43,341 nt of DNA, taken from assembly GCA_040143965.1 (NCBI GenBank), contig JASJQH010006908.1, forward strand, positions 1 to 43,341. The letters are read 5' to 3'. Under the pieces are notes generated by a model that saw nothing but the letters and a program-made list of their open reading frames with translations, ran no database searches and was not told the origin of the DNA. Shown here piece by piece: positions 11,001 through 23,870 of this stretch. The first letter of the stretch is position 1. Every line of letters begins with the position of its first letter. The DNA is from Basidiobolus ranarum (lineage: Eukaryota). A program made the translations under genes and the position numbers.

Positions 11001-14000
11001 TGAGTAATAGCGCAATGTTCAGAGTGTTGATCCAGTTGATATGATGGAATTTCTTCCTCACATATCCGACACAGAATCATCTCTGCCGTGACTGGTGTAC
11101 TAGGGCTAGATTCATCAAAAGCTCCATCGTCAAGATTCAAGTTTTCTTTGGACAATCGGATTGAATTAGAGGGAGATATCGATTTACGAGATTGTTCACG
11201 ATCCAGTCGCGGTCGACATAAGGAATTTTCACCATGAGTGATGTTTAAGCCAGTTGGAGTATGAGGTGGAGTTTCAAGAGGAGTAGAAAATGTGTTGGTT
11301 CCACCAGACATGGTTAACTTGAGTGATTTAAAAAAATTCAGTACTTGTCTTCCACCCTGCTTCAATATTTTGATTAGTAGTTATAGGATATGAAGTATCA
11401 GGAAACAAAACGAACCTTTCGATGTTCCTTTGCTTTCACAGGAATTCGATCACTGTTTCCACGACGTAGCATCAATTCCTTTTCCAAATTTCGGTTAAGA
11501 AAAACCTGATCAATATCTGAACCTGTGCGCATATGAATAATGTTATCATCCATGACAGCACTGCGATGAAGGAGACTACTTGAGTGTGTTTGAACTGCTC
11601 CTTCAGAGACTCGTCTTTTCTCCAACAGCGGGGGAGAATGAGAATCTAAGATACGTGAAGTAACAATTGCTTTGGTCAAAGTTGGCTGTGGTCTAGGACT
11701 TTGAATAGGCGTTAAGACTGCTAGAGTAGGTGACGTTGCAAGTATGGATGCGGTAGTCCTGGGCATTTGGAGATTCTGGGTAGGATCATGTGGAAGGACT
11801 TGTGATTTGGGTTGTACGGGACTAGCTGGAATGGTATTGAGCACAGGAGGTGAAAACAAGGGTTGAGTCATTGTAAGCACTGGAGAGGTATCTTCTTGTG
11901 AGTATTCATTCCGTAATGGAGAAGTAGGACGAAATGGAGAGGCAAACTCAAGAATAGTGGGCGTTTCAACTCTAATCAAGTCACTAGTATCAAAAACTAC
12001 ACGCTCACTTTTAATCTTATGCTAAATTGAGGGGATTTTTGTTAGTTTCATTTTGGTTAGGTAATATTATCCGAGGTTTGCTTACTAAATCGCCTACTAA
12101 ACGAGCACAGGGAGCAAAGACCCACACAAGGCTCGACAAAAAATCTTCCACCTGAGCATTACCAACCGCCAAGGCTCTCTGTTCGTCTAACAGCTGTTGT
12201 AGATGGGCCATGATTTCTCCAGCCTTTCCTTCTTGATCTAAATCGTTAACAGTGACATCCAAGATCTGTCGGGCTAGAGATTCAATACGAGCCAATAGCA
12301 TCACATGGGAAGAATCTAATTCAATGATGATTAGTTTTTGACTGGGAATCATGAATACATACATATATCTAGTTAGCACTTACTTAAAACAGTCGGAGGC
12401 CAACTTTTTGGTCTCGAAAACTCCTTTGGTGGCTTGCTTAGTCGGGTGGAGTTTTTGGAGATGGTATCCAGGTGCACATGATCGATTGGTCTCATACCGA
12501 TTCCATCAGATATGTCTTCACATAGATTAACACTAACAGTCTCATCAAAGGTTTGATAGAGCTGATCCAAGAGCAGTCTGATTTGTAGATCCGCTTTGAC
12601 TTTAGCGATCTTTAACTCGTCATAAATACCTTGTTTGACTCGTGACGACGAAAATCTCTCATCAATCAATCCTAATGCAGAAAAGCTATCTTCCGGCGTT
12701 TTGGATATTGATTCGGTAATTAAGCTAGCTTTTCTAAAGCGATTTCCAGAGAAAATCGATGAGATATCTGATGAATTACTTTCACATTCATCGTCATCAA
12801 ATTCAGAATGAGTGGAGGAATCAGTACCAGGAGTCTCAGTAGCTACCTTCGACCCTTCGCCTGGAGATATTATATATCTATGACCTGGGGGTGAATGAGG
12901 TGAATTAGGTTGGGTGTTGAGATTGGTCTGAAAAATTATGGAGTAGTGTCTGGGGTAATAAAAGGGTAGATATATTCGTGGTATAAAAGGCCGGTCACTA
13001 TACCTTGATTAGTATCTTCTTCTGCATCGGAACCATGGATACTTAGAACGTTTCTGAGGGAAGAGGGTGTTGATGGGCGTTTAGCATGTGTCTTGGAAAA
13101 TACACTTGGTTCAGGAGTTTTATGAAGGCAGGTGGCACTGAACGGATCATCCATGGGATTTTTGACTTTCGGCACTGGAACAGGCTTAGAGGAAACAGAG
13201 GGTTTCAGGTCAGGCTCAAAGATGGATTTAAAAGATGAGGGAGAAACAAAAGGAGATACGGGGAGCTTTCCGGATCCAGAACTAGCGCAAGAAGATGTGG
13301 AATCTGTTAAAGAACAGGCCGATGATATGTTAGGTCCGTCTGAGGTATTCCTTGTGTAAAGATTTTCTAATGTCAGGTTCTTTCTATTTTTGGTAGAAGC
13401 TGGAATGATCTCAGAGTAAGTAGGCAATACCAAAGCACCTCCACCCAAGCTCATTAATGATTGTTTGGCGGTTGTTGACATAGCACACTTATACCTTTCA
13501 AGGTTATTTATCGATGAAGTGTCAACATTTGATGGTAAGCTAGCTGCATTCAACGCAGCTGTGAGAGTAGAGCTTCGTACTCTGCTTGATTTGGATATCA
13601 GTTTAGAAGACTTTCGAGTCAAATCACTCGGCATAAATTCCACCGTTTTGTGGGATAATTTTGAAGACTTTTGCGAGAGAGGGAGCGAGTTGGGATAAAT
13701 TTCGAAAAGGCTAGGAGTATTGAGTCGAATATTACTCATGTTAGCTTGGGTGTAAGGCTTACAAGTACTATAGGAAGTCCATCTCTGCACCGATTTGGAG
13801 CGTGGTCTGTTCTTCTTGTCGGTCATTTTATCTGGCAACAGATCTTTAGGAATGGAGGATATATTCGATGTTGTTTCTATTCTAAGCGGAAAATGCTTGG
13901 TGCTAATTTTATCGTTTGGGTTTTTTATGCATAGTTGGTTGTTGTGGTTAGAGGAAGAAGTTTCACTGGAACTCTCTTTCTTTTCAGTGTTTGGGAGGTT

Positions 14001-14117
14001 TTCTTCAATGGTAGCATTGAAAGGTAACCCACCAAAAATACCAGCTATACTATCTAAATATTTGGGAGTTGGCGCTGACTTAGAAAGCATAGTATCCTCC
14101 TTTTTATCCTGTATCAT
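8069..14117 (-). CDS. Greatwall/MASTL-IRE-Rim15 family AGC Ser/Thr kinase with C2HC zinc finger, multi-exon
   Basis: [47 protein letters not shown] + ~80-aa insert + [37 protein letters not shown]...HSEHC finger; AGC tail PFIP....LDTSYFD.RN and FDAFMYKNV. The start is uncertain (first in-frame ATG 14117; upstream exons possible). Confidence 0.9.
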
Positions 14118-15396
14118 TGTCTTTTTGAGACGGTACAATCACTTTGTACCTTACAGAAGTTTTAACAACCAATAATCGGTGGAAGTTGTTTAGAAAAATA
14201 AACAGTTCAAAAGAGGAGCAGAAATAAATGGTATGGCTTTAACAAACCAAACAAATAAAAAGCCAGAGTTAAGTGAGTAAAATTTGCTAGTAAACCAGTT
14301 GCATTCGCTATGAATTGACAGTTCACTTGGTGGGCAAACTTGAGAAGAAAAGACAAGAGCCTAAGGCTATCTTTGGCGGAGTGTATGTGGGTGGGAAAAG
14401 ATGAGGATAATAGTGAGGTAGGTAGCTGTGCAGCAAAGCAAACTGGGCCGCATCTAAATGAACCATGTTGTTGAATAGCTGGATATTTTACTTGGTCCAG
14501 CCATGATCCTGTTGAGACTGAATAATCCAGGATAATTTAAATGGAGCAAGCAGAATAACGAAACCTCTTAATATAGAACTCTTAATTTCAATTAAATGAG
14601 TTTGTTAAGTATGAGTGGGGAAAGGGGGTAATGGAATACTAGACCATGGAAATACCATCAAGCCAAGTACGACCGCGATAAACCTGGCCAAGAGGTTTTG
14701 TTGATAATATACACACCAGATCCTCATTGTAGGTTGCAGAATCACTTGGATCTATCAAGTGAATCCCGAATTCTCACATTCATATAACTCACCTGAGCAG
14801 TCCGTGACCACGTTTTGAAGTCAAATCGGAAATATTTGGATCTAGACATCTAAGTTGTGCGGAGTATACTCGTATATAGAGTAAGACGGTCAATCTCAAC
14901 TCACCTTCGATAGAGAGGCTCATCTGACAAACAATTGAGACAAACTTGATGATATCCTGTTGTGAATAAAGGGAGTTTGAAACATAAGGCGTTCACTTTT
15001 TACTCAATATATTTGGCTCCTCCTTACTTTATATGTGTTCCTTCTTTGAGTTTGAAATACCTCTGATTCGTTTAGCTATTCCAAAGGATACCATTGTTGT
15101 GGTGCTTAGGGTTAACTTACTAAGGATTCTAACAACCAACATCATCAAAAATTAGAGTGCATTCAGTCATGTTGAAATAGCACGTGATCTGAGACTATTG
15201 GAGGAGAGAACTAATTAATATTCTGTTGTTTATGACGTATTATTTTGTAAGAACTAAGTACTGTGAATATTTGGCCTAGCTGCGACTGACAAAATTACCA
15301 ACGCTTGAAAAATCAGGTACACTCTTGCAGAAGTTGCTATATTGCTGAATCTAAAGAACCGAAAAATATACTTTTTACACGACTGAAGTAGATACG

Positions 15397-18300
15397 ATGG
15401 ATGGTAAAAGATCTTTTTTGTTTTGGTTGGAGTTCGACTTTTTATGATAATATTCCACCCATTTATACTGTACCTAACTCGAAGTTATTTGAGTAGATAG
15501 CCTCCTAAGGACATACTCGATCCCAGGGAAAACTGCACCTCTGACATTAAATCTGCTGCAGCATTTTCGTGTAGGTAATACGCCACACAGTCACTTCTTG
15601 GTTTCAACTCCAAAGCCAGAGGTTTTCATTTGCAAAATATGTTACCGTTCATTCTCTACAGCCTCTCGAGGAAAAACTGTCTGCCCCATTGGGCCTGAGC
15701 ATCATCTACACACATGTGAGGAAAACATGCAATATTACATCAAATGTTGTCAATGCGACCATGTTGTTGAGATAAATGTAGAAGAGCCAGTTGTCCCAGT
15801 ATCGACTTTGCGACTTCTTCAAAAAAACCGGCCAGATGCTTCTAATTTCGTCTCTTGCCTAGAAACTTTCGCGACTTATGTGAATAATTTACTTACGGGT
15901 AACTCACGTACTATCAACGTTGAAAATGAGGCTTTTAAAAAAAGGATCAAACTTGACGAGGCTAGGTAGCTAATGATATAGAATTCTTCCTAGAAACTTA
16001 TAGATAATGAAATTTACTTTTGTATTCAGTCACAAACTCTTTCAGGATCTTGGATTCGAGCTATACGAAGGACATTTTCGCCCTCCATCTATAGAAACAA
16101 CGAAGATTAATTTGGTTCTTGCTGAATACGAACTTCATATCTTTAGCTTAAATGTGCGGGAAACTACTGGTAAGTAAACATGCTTTCATTCTTCCTGGCT
16201 ATGGCACTAAAAGTCAACTACTTGTTAGGCCTTCCTATACAAGAGAAATACCGCATTTATTCAGATGCTACCTCCAAGATATTCGAGATCCTAGGATTCA
16301 AAAGTAAATATATGCACCATATTACATTCTACAATGGCTCCTTATCAACCACTACTGTATATAGATCAGTCTTCAAAACCGCCACAAGATCATACTATAT
16401 ACTACGAACTGCTTGGAGTCCACTAGTAAGTCTTGCTCGCTTCATGTTTTGGATTTCAAAGGCTAAATATGTGATACTTTAGTAATGCAGCAGACTCCGT
16501 TGTTGAGTGGGCTTATAACAAGGCAATTGAGCATGACCCTTCATCTACTCCTGAGTTTTTGGACGCTTTGTTGAATGCAGCACAAACACGAAAAAGTGAT
16601 GAACTTTCACAAGCAGTCCAAATGGAGAGGTCCCAAGGTATGGTCCTAACTACAATCCACTTGACGTAATTCTTACACTGTGTTTGACGCGCTATAGGCC
16701 GGTACAGTGAATCTGATCTTCGAACTGCATATGCTCATTTCGAAGCTCAAGACCATAGTATTCCTGACGAAGATTTGATTGCAGTGTATCATATCCATGT
16801 TAGTATTATCTATACGGCCGTATACTCTGTTGATTGCGTAATAAACATTAAATATTCTTTAGCTCTCAGAACGTCCTGACAAAGTGGAGGAGCACCGAGA
16901 AGCATTGCGTCTTATAGGTCAAGCTCGTATGAGTGATCGAATTTCTCAGTTCTTGAGCACTGGCAAAAAAGACTGGATGGAAGGTATTGGAAACGCATCA
17001 ATCGCAATTCTAGTTTAAACCTAACCTTGCTTGCCATGACGTCTAGATTGCGTATATGAGACCTTCATTGATAATACGTTAGTAATCTCCTGCTATTTAG
17101 TCTACCTCCAAATCGTAACTAATCCATTGAATTTAGTCCCGTTGGGTTGGATAATATTGGAAACACTTGTTATTTGAATTCATTGCTTCAGGTAGCTAAT
17201 TATAGAGTGTATTGCCACCTCCTCGAACCTCTGCTTATTCTCTCTTAGTATTATTTCAGTATTCGGGATCTTCGAAATGCAGTAGTTTATTCAGGAGAAT
17301 TCTCTTTAGACAAAAGCAAACAAGACGGAAAGGTCATCACATCGCAAGACATTGAAAACGCACAGCAATGTAAGTCATTATAACTAGTTCTCTGGAATTG
17401 GAACTTTCATTTATACTTTTTCATGTCAGTCGTCAAACTGTTACGAGACCTATTCACTATCCTCTTAAATACTTCTGAAAGAAGTGTGGCTCCTACACTG
17501 GAACTCGCTCAAATTACTTTAACACACGGTCAAACGAAACCAAAAGAAGCATCAATAGTTGATTCCATTGGTCCACTCACTCGTGAGGAAAGCCAGCCAA
17601 CAGAAGTCGATTCAGACAGTAGAATGGAACAGGACAACGTCGAACCTTCGACTCCTCAAGATTTGAATTATGTCAGTAAAGCCACCGATCACCAAGATAC
17701 GGTCGAGATTTTTGAGAATCAGAATGCAGCCGAGATCTCTGATAATCAAGAAATGATTGAAATCTCTGAGAACCAGAATTTATTGAACATAGCCAATGAT
17801 CAAAAAACCCTGGAGAACGAAGCAATAATCGATCATAATGCAAAGAATGAGAGTAACCTTTCTGTACCGTACTATACACCCCCCTCTTTACCTCCTCGCC
17901 CGAAAGCAGAAACCCTTTCTAATGAGCTAGGATACCAACAAGATGTTACTGAATGCATGGATAACGTAATGTATTTACTTGATATTGCTCTTTCCGAGAA
18001 CAATGCTGACGGAGATGGGAGTCTGGTTAGACAGCTATTCTTCGGTAAAACAGAGCAAACCTTAAGCTATGTTGATTCATCAACAGGTGATAAAATAATC
18101 ACTAAAAAAGAAGAGGACTTTAGTCACCTGATCGTTGACATCGCTCAGGGCCGAGATTTATATGATGGATTGGATGAGTATTTTGACAACTCCAAGGTTT
18201 CTTTCAACAATACAGAAGCAGAACGAGAAGTGACCATCACTAAGCTTCCACCTTTTCTTCAAATTCAAGTCCAACGAGTTCAATTCGATCGTACCACCTC

Positions 18301-19028
18301 TAATGTCTTCAAATCAAATGCTTATCTTCATTTTGAAAAGAAGATATACATGGATCGATACCTAGCCAAGAATTCCGAGTGTCTTGACGTGCTGAAGCAA
18401 GCTTCTCGAGCTCTTAAAGCCGAGATAACCCAACATCAAGAAACAATCAATCACTACGTTAAGAATTCTGATTATCCCGTACCCATTGCTGATATGCTGG
18501 AAATTACCGCCTCTTTTTTGAAGAATGAGCAGAGTTACTCTATGGATGTTGACGGACCAAATGGCCATGAATCAAACTCCATATCAAGCGAGCAAATGGA
18601 GACTGTCACTGAGGTGTTGACGAAGGCTGCGCAGAATGCTAAAGATCAGGTTGCCAATGCTGAGAGTAAAATCAAGGAATTGGAGGGTGAATCGCAACTT
18701 CTATTTGAAGATCTTCAAGAAGACGAATATGTTCTTCATGCTGTCTTCATTCACCAAGGAGAAGCAACTTACGGTCACTATTGGATCTATATATATGACT
18801 TTACTGACGACAAATGGTATAAATACAATGATGCAAACGTCACTGAGGTCAGTGTGTCTTTTTCTTTATGAATCACTACATTCCCTAATACCCTTTATTT
18901 GAATGGTTTAGGTGGCTGAGTCTGAGGTGCTTGCCGATACGACCAACTCTACTGCTAACCCTTATTGTATTGTGTATGTTAAAGCTGAAAATGCCCAACA
19001 ACTAGTTGACACAGTAACCAGAAAATGA
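15397..19028 (+). CDS. UBP2: Ubiquitin-specific protease Ubp2 (USP25/28-related), multi-exon
   Basis: N-terminal GKTAP, Ubp2-type helical repeats (WAY...DP...FLDAL; AY..F....DEDLI.VY), Cys box [40 protein letters not shown], His box LHAVFIHQGEATYGHYWIYIYD..W.KYND. Stop TGA 19026-19028. Confidence 0.92.
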
Positions 19029-19221
19029 ATTGCCCATTGTACATAAATGGCTCAAAGGTAGAAAGTAACGTGATGTGATTTTTATAAAAGCAACTCTGTT
19101 GATCCATCAATAGACCAGCTCTTTGATCAACAATTAAAATCTAATAATCCTTATGTTAAAGAAGGTCGAAGATAGGCTAGGTATAACATGCACATCTAAT
19201 CGAATAAAGACTACCCTTGAC

Positions 19222-20650
19222 TCAATGTAATAATTCTACGCGTACGCGCGTGGAGTTGGCCACATCTATAGCAGAAACGGGGAAATCATGAATCACCGTA
19301 GTGTTTGAGCATTGATCTACCATGCAATTGTGTTAGCTTGTCGTATCCCACTAGTAACTGATGTCAATGCTTACCGATATTTATCTCCGTAACCTTCTCC
19401 TTAACATAAATGGTACAGTTGTTGCAATTGCGTGCGTAAACGATGTGATTGAATCGAGTGTTATCAATAGTCAGATTCTCATCTCTATAGTTCTCCTATG
19501 ATCATATTAGTATTAATTTAAAGAGTTGGTGTCGTTCTTACTTACAATAAACCATTTATTCTTAATCAGCGAAAACACCGGTTCTTTGACTTCTTCTATC
19601 TCTACTAATGAATAGATGATTGGTAATTTGAAGATAGAATTTGCTTGTATATTTGATAACTACCTGGAGTCATTTCTATAACCATGGTATCGATCTGCGA
19701 GTCCTCTGTCTTTGGTAGCTTTGATGGAGAATGTTGAGCATTAGAGGAAGCACTACGCTTCACTGAAGAAGCTTGGGTTTCGGCTAGCTCTATTGGCTGT
19801 AGAGAATTCAATGTCAAGTTTAATAGGTATTGTTGTACTCCAAGAAATTACTTACTTTGGCATCCCAAGCTAAGCCAGTGGTATGGTACTCTTTGACATA
19901 TTTATGTAACTCGGAGAGCAATTCCACAAAACTATTGGCCCATTCAACATGGCTTCTATCACTATTTCAAACAAGTATTAAACCAAGAAAATCAATCAAC
20001 TTAAATTCTCATTAGGATGTTACCTTTCTTTGTATTCTCTAATGACTCGATTTGCGTAAAACCGAGAACTATCTTTCATGCCCTCAAGAAACGGACAAGG
20101 AGTGGGTTCCTTCCGGTCAATATTAATATATAACACTTTTCAAAGCAGGAACTTGTAGGTGACTTACAATTAATACCCAACCTAGAGCAGGAATACCCTC
20201 ACTAACAGTAGAAAGATGATTGAAATGCTTGGAACCTCTATTTTCTTCACGATATTCACACGCTATCTCTAACGCTTTTTTTACCGGTTCTAAATATTCC
20301 AGGAACTCTGGAGAGGTAAAAGAAACCCTTTTATTTTCTATGGCAAATAGAATTAGGGCTTTTTGTGCTTGGAAGGCCTTTTGAACTTCAAGACTCTAAA
20401 TGAAAAATAAGTATACATCAACACTATCAAAATTCCATAGAAGACTTACTTGCTCAACAACAATGGAAGAAATATTTTGCGAATTGGTCAAAAATCTTTG
20501 AAGTGCACCATTTTGAATATCTTCATATGCGGTAATGATACCACATGATGTCGATACTTCCTTCCGGTTGGTTCCGTAGGAACGCTCAAGTCGAGTAGCT
20601 GTGGCTTCAATACGTTCCACTAAAGAAAATAAATGTGAAAGCTCGGACAT
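19222..20650 (-). CDS. Divergent, shortened cyclase-associated protein (CAP/Srv2) paralog, about 340 aa, 8 exons
   Basis: LVERIEATATRLE, NHLSTVSEGIPALGWV, MKDSSRFYANRVIREYKE, HVEWANSF, YVKEYHTTGLAW (HFD), then a partial CARP (NKWFIENY...VY..NCNNCTIYVKEKV..I.ID.C) ending at TGA 19222-19224. Confidence 0.85.
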
Positions 20651-20951
20651 ACGAATTTTGAACAGCTGAAAAGAAGCTATCGAAAGTGATTCATATAGGT
20701 AGTATAAATACAAGTCACATCTCATGTTTTGAGTGAATATTTCAAGAACAACATTATGCTTTCATAAAATCATGGGATAAGACTGAAAAGGAAATCGGTA
20801 ATCATTAATATTTATTCAATGATAATTGAATTTTAACGTTTCCAGGGTGACAACATGGATTTACCCCGGACATTGCGGAAATTGAGTGAATAAGAGCTGG
20901 AGATGTTAGTTACTCGAATCTTCCCTTCGAATTTTCGTTCATATCATACCT

Positions 20952-21040
20952 GTACGTTTGCTTTTTATTTCATCGATTTATGGAGTTATTCCATCCATCT
21001 TAAATTTTCCATGTATTCATGAATTACGTTCAATTTTTAG
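20952..21040 (+). other. Probable 5'-UTR intron of RPS12
   Basis: GTACGT donor at 20952; TTTTTAG acceptor 10 nt before the ATG; pyrimidine run CTTCCCTTC just upstream. Confidence 0.65.
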
Positions 21041-21050
21041 ATTTGACGCT

Positions 21051-21482
21051 ATGTCCGCCGAAGAAGCTGTTGCTCCCCAAGAAGTTGAGGTTGTTGCTGA
21101 GGCTGCTCCCCGTGGTCAAATGACCGTTGAGGAAGCCCTTCAAGAAGTCCTTAAGAAGGCCCTCGTTCATGACGGTCTTGCCCGTGGTTTGAGAGAGTGC
21201 GCCAAGGCTCTTGACAAGCGTCAAGCTCACTTGTGTGTCCTTGTTGAAACTTGCACTGAGAAGGAATACATTAGACTTGTTGAAGCTCTCTGTGCTGAAC
21301 ACAACATCAACCTTATCAAGGTTTCCGACGCCAAGAAGCTTGGTGAATGGGCTGGTCTTTGCAAGATCGACCGTGAGGGTAGCGCCCGTAAGGTTGTTGG
21401 TTGCTCTTGCGTCGTAGTCAAGGATTACGGAGAGGAATCTGAGGCTCTTAATGTCCTCCTTGAATACTTCAAATCCCATTAA
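21051..21482 (+). CDS. RPS12: 40S ribosomal protein S12 (eS12), CDS intronless
   Basis: [26 protein letters not shown]...[32 protein letters not shown]; strong codon bias. Confidence 0.97.
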   Translation: MSAEEAVAPQEVEVVAEAAPRGQMTVEEALQEVLKKALVHDGLARGLRECAKALDKRQAHLCVLVETCTEKEYIRLVEALCAEHNINLIKVSDAKKLGEWAGLCKIDREGSARKVVGCSCVVVKDYGEESEALNVLLEYFKSH

Positions 21483-21505
21483 GTTGCAACGACTGCGATT
21501 AAAAT

Positions 21506-21599
21506 GTAAGTACTTCAGCCTAGGTGGTCAGTAACCCTGCACTACTGCATACCAATCTACTGCATACCAATCCTCTTACTGATTAATGCTTTCATTTAG
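21506..21599 (+). other. Probable 3'-UTR intron of RPS12 containing a 15-bp tandem duplication
   Basis: GTAAGT donor 23 nt after the stop, TACTGAT branch-like motif, TTTCATTTAG acceptor, AATAAA about 28 nt downstream; CTACTGCATACCAAT x2 at 21542-21571. Confidence 0.7.
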
Positions 21600-22296
21600 A
21601 AGATCAGCAACTGCCATTTGAAATATTAATAAACTCTTAAAACATATCAACCGTTGTCGTCATTTTATTGTCTCCATGCACTCCAATGTATTTGATTAAT
21701 TGTGATACTGGTTCCAACAACACCAACCCCAACATGCTCCATCCGATATAGTCCAAACCAGTTTGGATGTTCGGTGTGCTTAGAGTCTGAATTAGGATAA
21801 GGTGCATTTAAATGCCCTCTCAAAATGGATCTAGCCAATCCATGAGCACTAGTATTACCGCTATGGCTGCCATACCTACTTGCCATTGGCTATTCTAATA
21901 TTTTGTACTTCGCATTGCCAGAGTTACTATACCCTCGAGCATTCTGTGTTCCAAGAGCTACACCAAACCGGTAGTTCAGTATTTAAGATGTGCCTAAATT
22001 GCTGTTGGAGGCCCAAATAAAATTTGAAGATAGCGTTTGTGCGACCTTATTGTTATTAGCAGAGCACTTCTTTATTTATTAATCTATCGCTTTACCTACG
22101 TCGTCTTTTGCAGTGTTTGAATCAAGTCGTTGCTTCTCTAACGAAACCCATTTTTTTCGGTTGTATTATCATTCGGACTGGTTCACTTTGAACGTCTCCT
22201 TTAGATACATTCCTTTGGTGCTCTGTTTGAGCTACCCTAGTTAGTTACCTCATTCCGAATACATTCCTACTACTTTATTAGTAATTATAATTCAAC

Positions 22297-23605
22297 ATGG
22301 TGGCACAGAATTTTCGACGTTCTTCGAAATCTTCTTATTCTCAACCGCCCGATAAGAGTATCTTTCAAAATTTTTGGTTTCCAGAAGAGAGTGAAGATAT
22401 AACTTTAAACGATCCAAATTTACCCACCTTAGAGCAAGTTCTAGCTCGTAAAACGACCCCACCCGTATGCCTATATAATTATTATATTTATTTAAGAGAC
22501 AATAATCGTTTAGTTGAAAACTTGGATTTTTGGCTTGATGTTGTAGCTCACGAAAATTTATGTAAATTATATTGTAAAGAGTTACTATCTACTCTAAGCC
22601 CTATCTCCAGTGTCAATTCACCACAATCCAGCAAAAATGGTAGATTCAGTGTCGGTCGACTAAGTATAAGGGATATCTCTAACGAGCTTCGGTTTAGTAT
22701 GTTCAGTGGAGCTAGTAACGAATCGAGTTATACGTTGAGTACATTTTCTATTAGACCGAAATCCCAAAGTACGCAGGGCGACGCGGAGAAGGCTGAGAAC
22801 CATACCGAACAATATTGTCTTAACTTACCTCGTTCCGACCCAGATCTCTTTAACGGGGAGAATTCCTCGAATATACAACTCTCAGGTATGGAGAGAAAGG
22901 TACAACGTGAAGACCTGAAGAGATCTGCCGAGAAAATCTACTACAAATATATTGTATCTGGAGCTGAAAAAGAATTAGTGTTGCCGGGAGCCATACGATT
23001 TCAAATATGTCAAATGTTAGAGATGCAACAACGTGACGACCCTGAAGTCTTTCTCCAGGCCAAAGACTTCGTTTTTCAACAAATGTCCCATGAATCTTTC
23101 CCAAGATTTCTTCGTGCTCGGGCGTACTCTAACATTGGCCCGTTTCATGCCATGTTTCGTCTGGTATTAGGTCTCTTCTTTCTGTTCGTTGGCTTTGCCG
23201 TTGAATTTACTCTCATTTTTATGGATCTACAGCCAAAGACTCTGAGATTCTGGGTAAGTTATTTCACAAATAATCCATTATTACCAAGTTACTAATATCC
23301 ACCATCTCAGGGACTACTTCCCATCTGGTTAGGAGTATGCAACATACACGTACATCAAGAGCGGTTTTCCCCTTTGCTCACTCTTATCGGAGTAAGGTTC
23401 GTAGTAATATTAGTTGGATGGTCATTCTAATGCTAACATGGAAATTTTATTCAGTGAAAAGAGTTTTCTTCACTTCAACCGTGTTAGAGATAAATATATT
23501 CGACGTCTCCATATTGTCCAAGGATTTCGCATATTTCTTACAGATCTGGTTATCAGTATGGTCGTTGTGGTGATTTTCTATGTAGTCCCTGGACATCGAT
23601 TATAA
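22297..23605 (+). CDS. RAX1: Rax1-family RGS-domain membrane polarity protein, 3 exons
   Basis: LPTLEQVLARKT.PPVCLYNYYIYLRD....ENLDFWLDV..H, SAEKIYYKYI..GAEKE..LP, RDDPEVF.QAK.FVFQ.M..E.FPRFL, three hydrophobic segments, C-terminal VPGHRL. Confidence 0.88.
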
Positions 23606-23870
23606 AATCATTTTGCATCGACATAGCCCCCTTCAACATCCGATATTTTGACTCTTTCCTTCATTATGACTATTTCTATTTTTGATCATTTGTTCTGGTA
23701 ACAAAGGAGAGTGTTACGGGGTCTCCATCACCATCTATCCTTTGCATCGGTTTGCTGTTCTAACAACACCGTAACGCCCAAGTAAAAACCCAGGCTAAAT
23801 ATAAACTCTAATAACGCATCATAACGCATCATAAAATGAAAGGTTGATTTATTCTATCATGATTCACTCC

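Noticed and set aside
19177-19224. TGA readthrough or selenocysteine in CAP (…LLH*VKGSLYSIRCACYT*)
   Set aside because: The extension is only 14 aa, does not restore CARP, and no SECIS or readthrough context is evident.
21030-21479. 149-aa antisense ORF over RPS12
   Set aside because: Codon-bias shadow of a highly expressed gene.
21665-21886. 73-aa minus-strand ORF between RPS12 and RAX1
   Set aside because: No motifs or splice support; likely chance, though not excluded.
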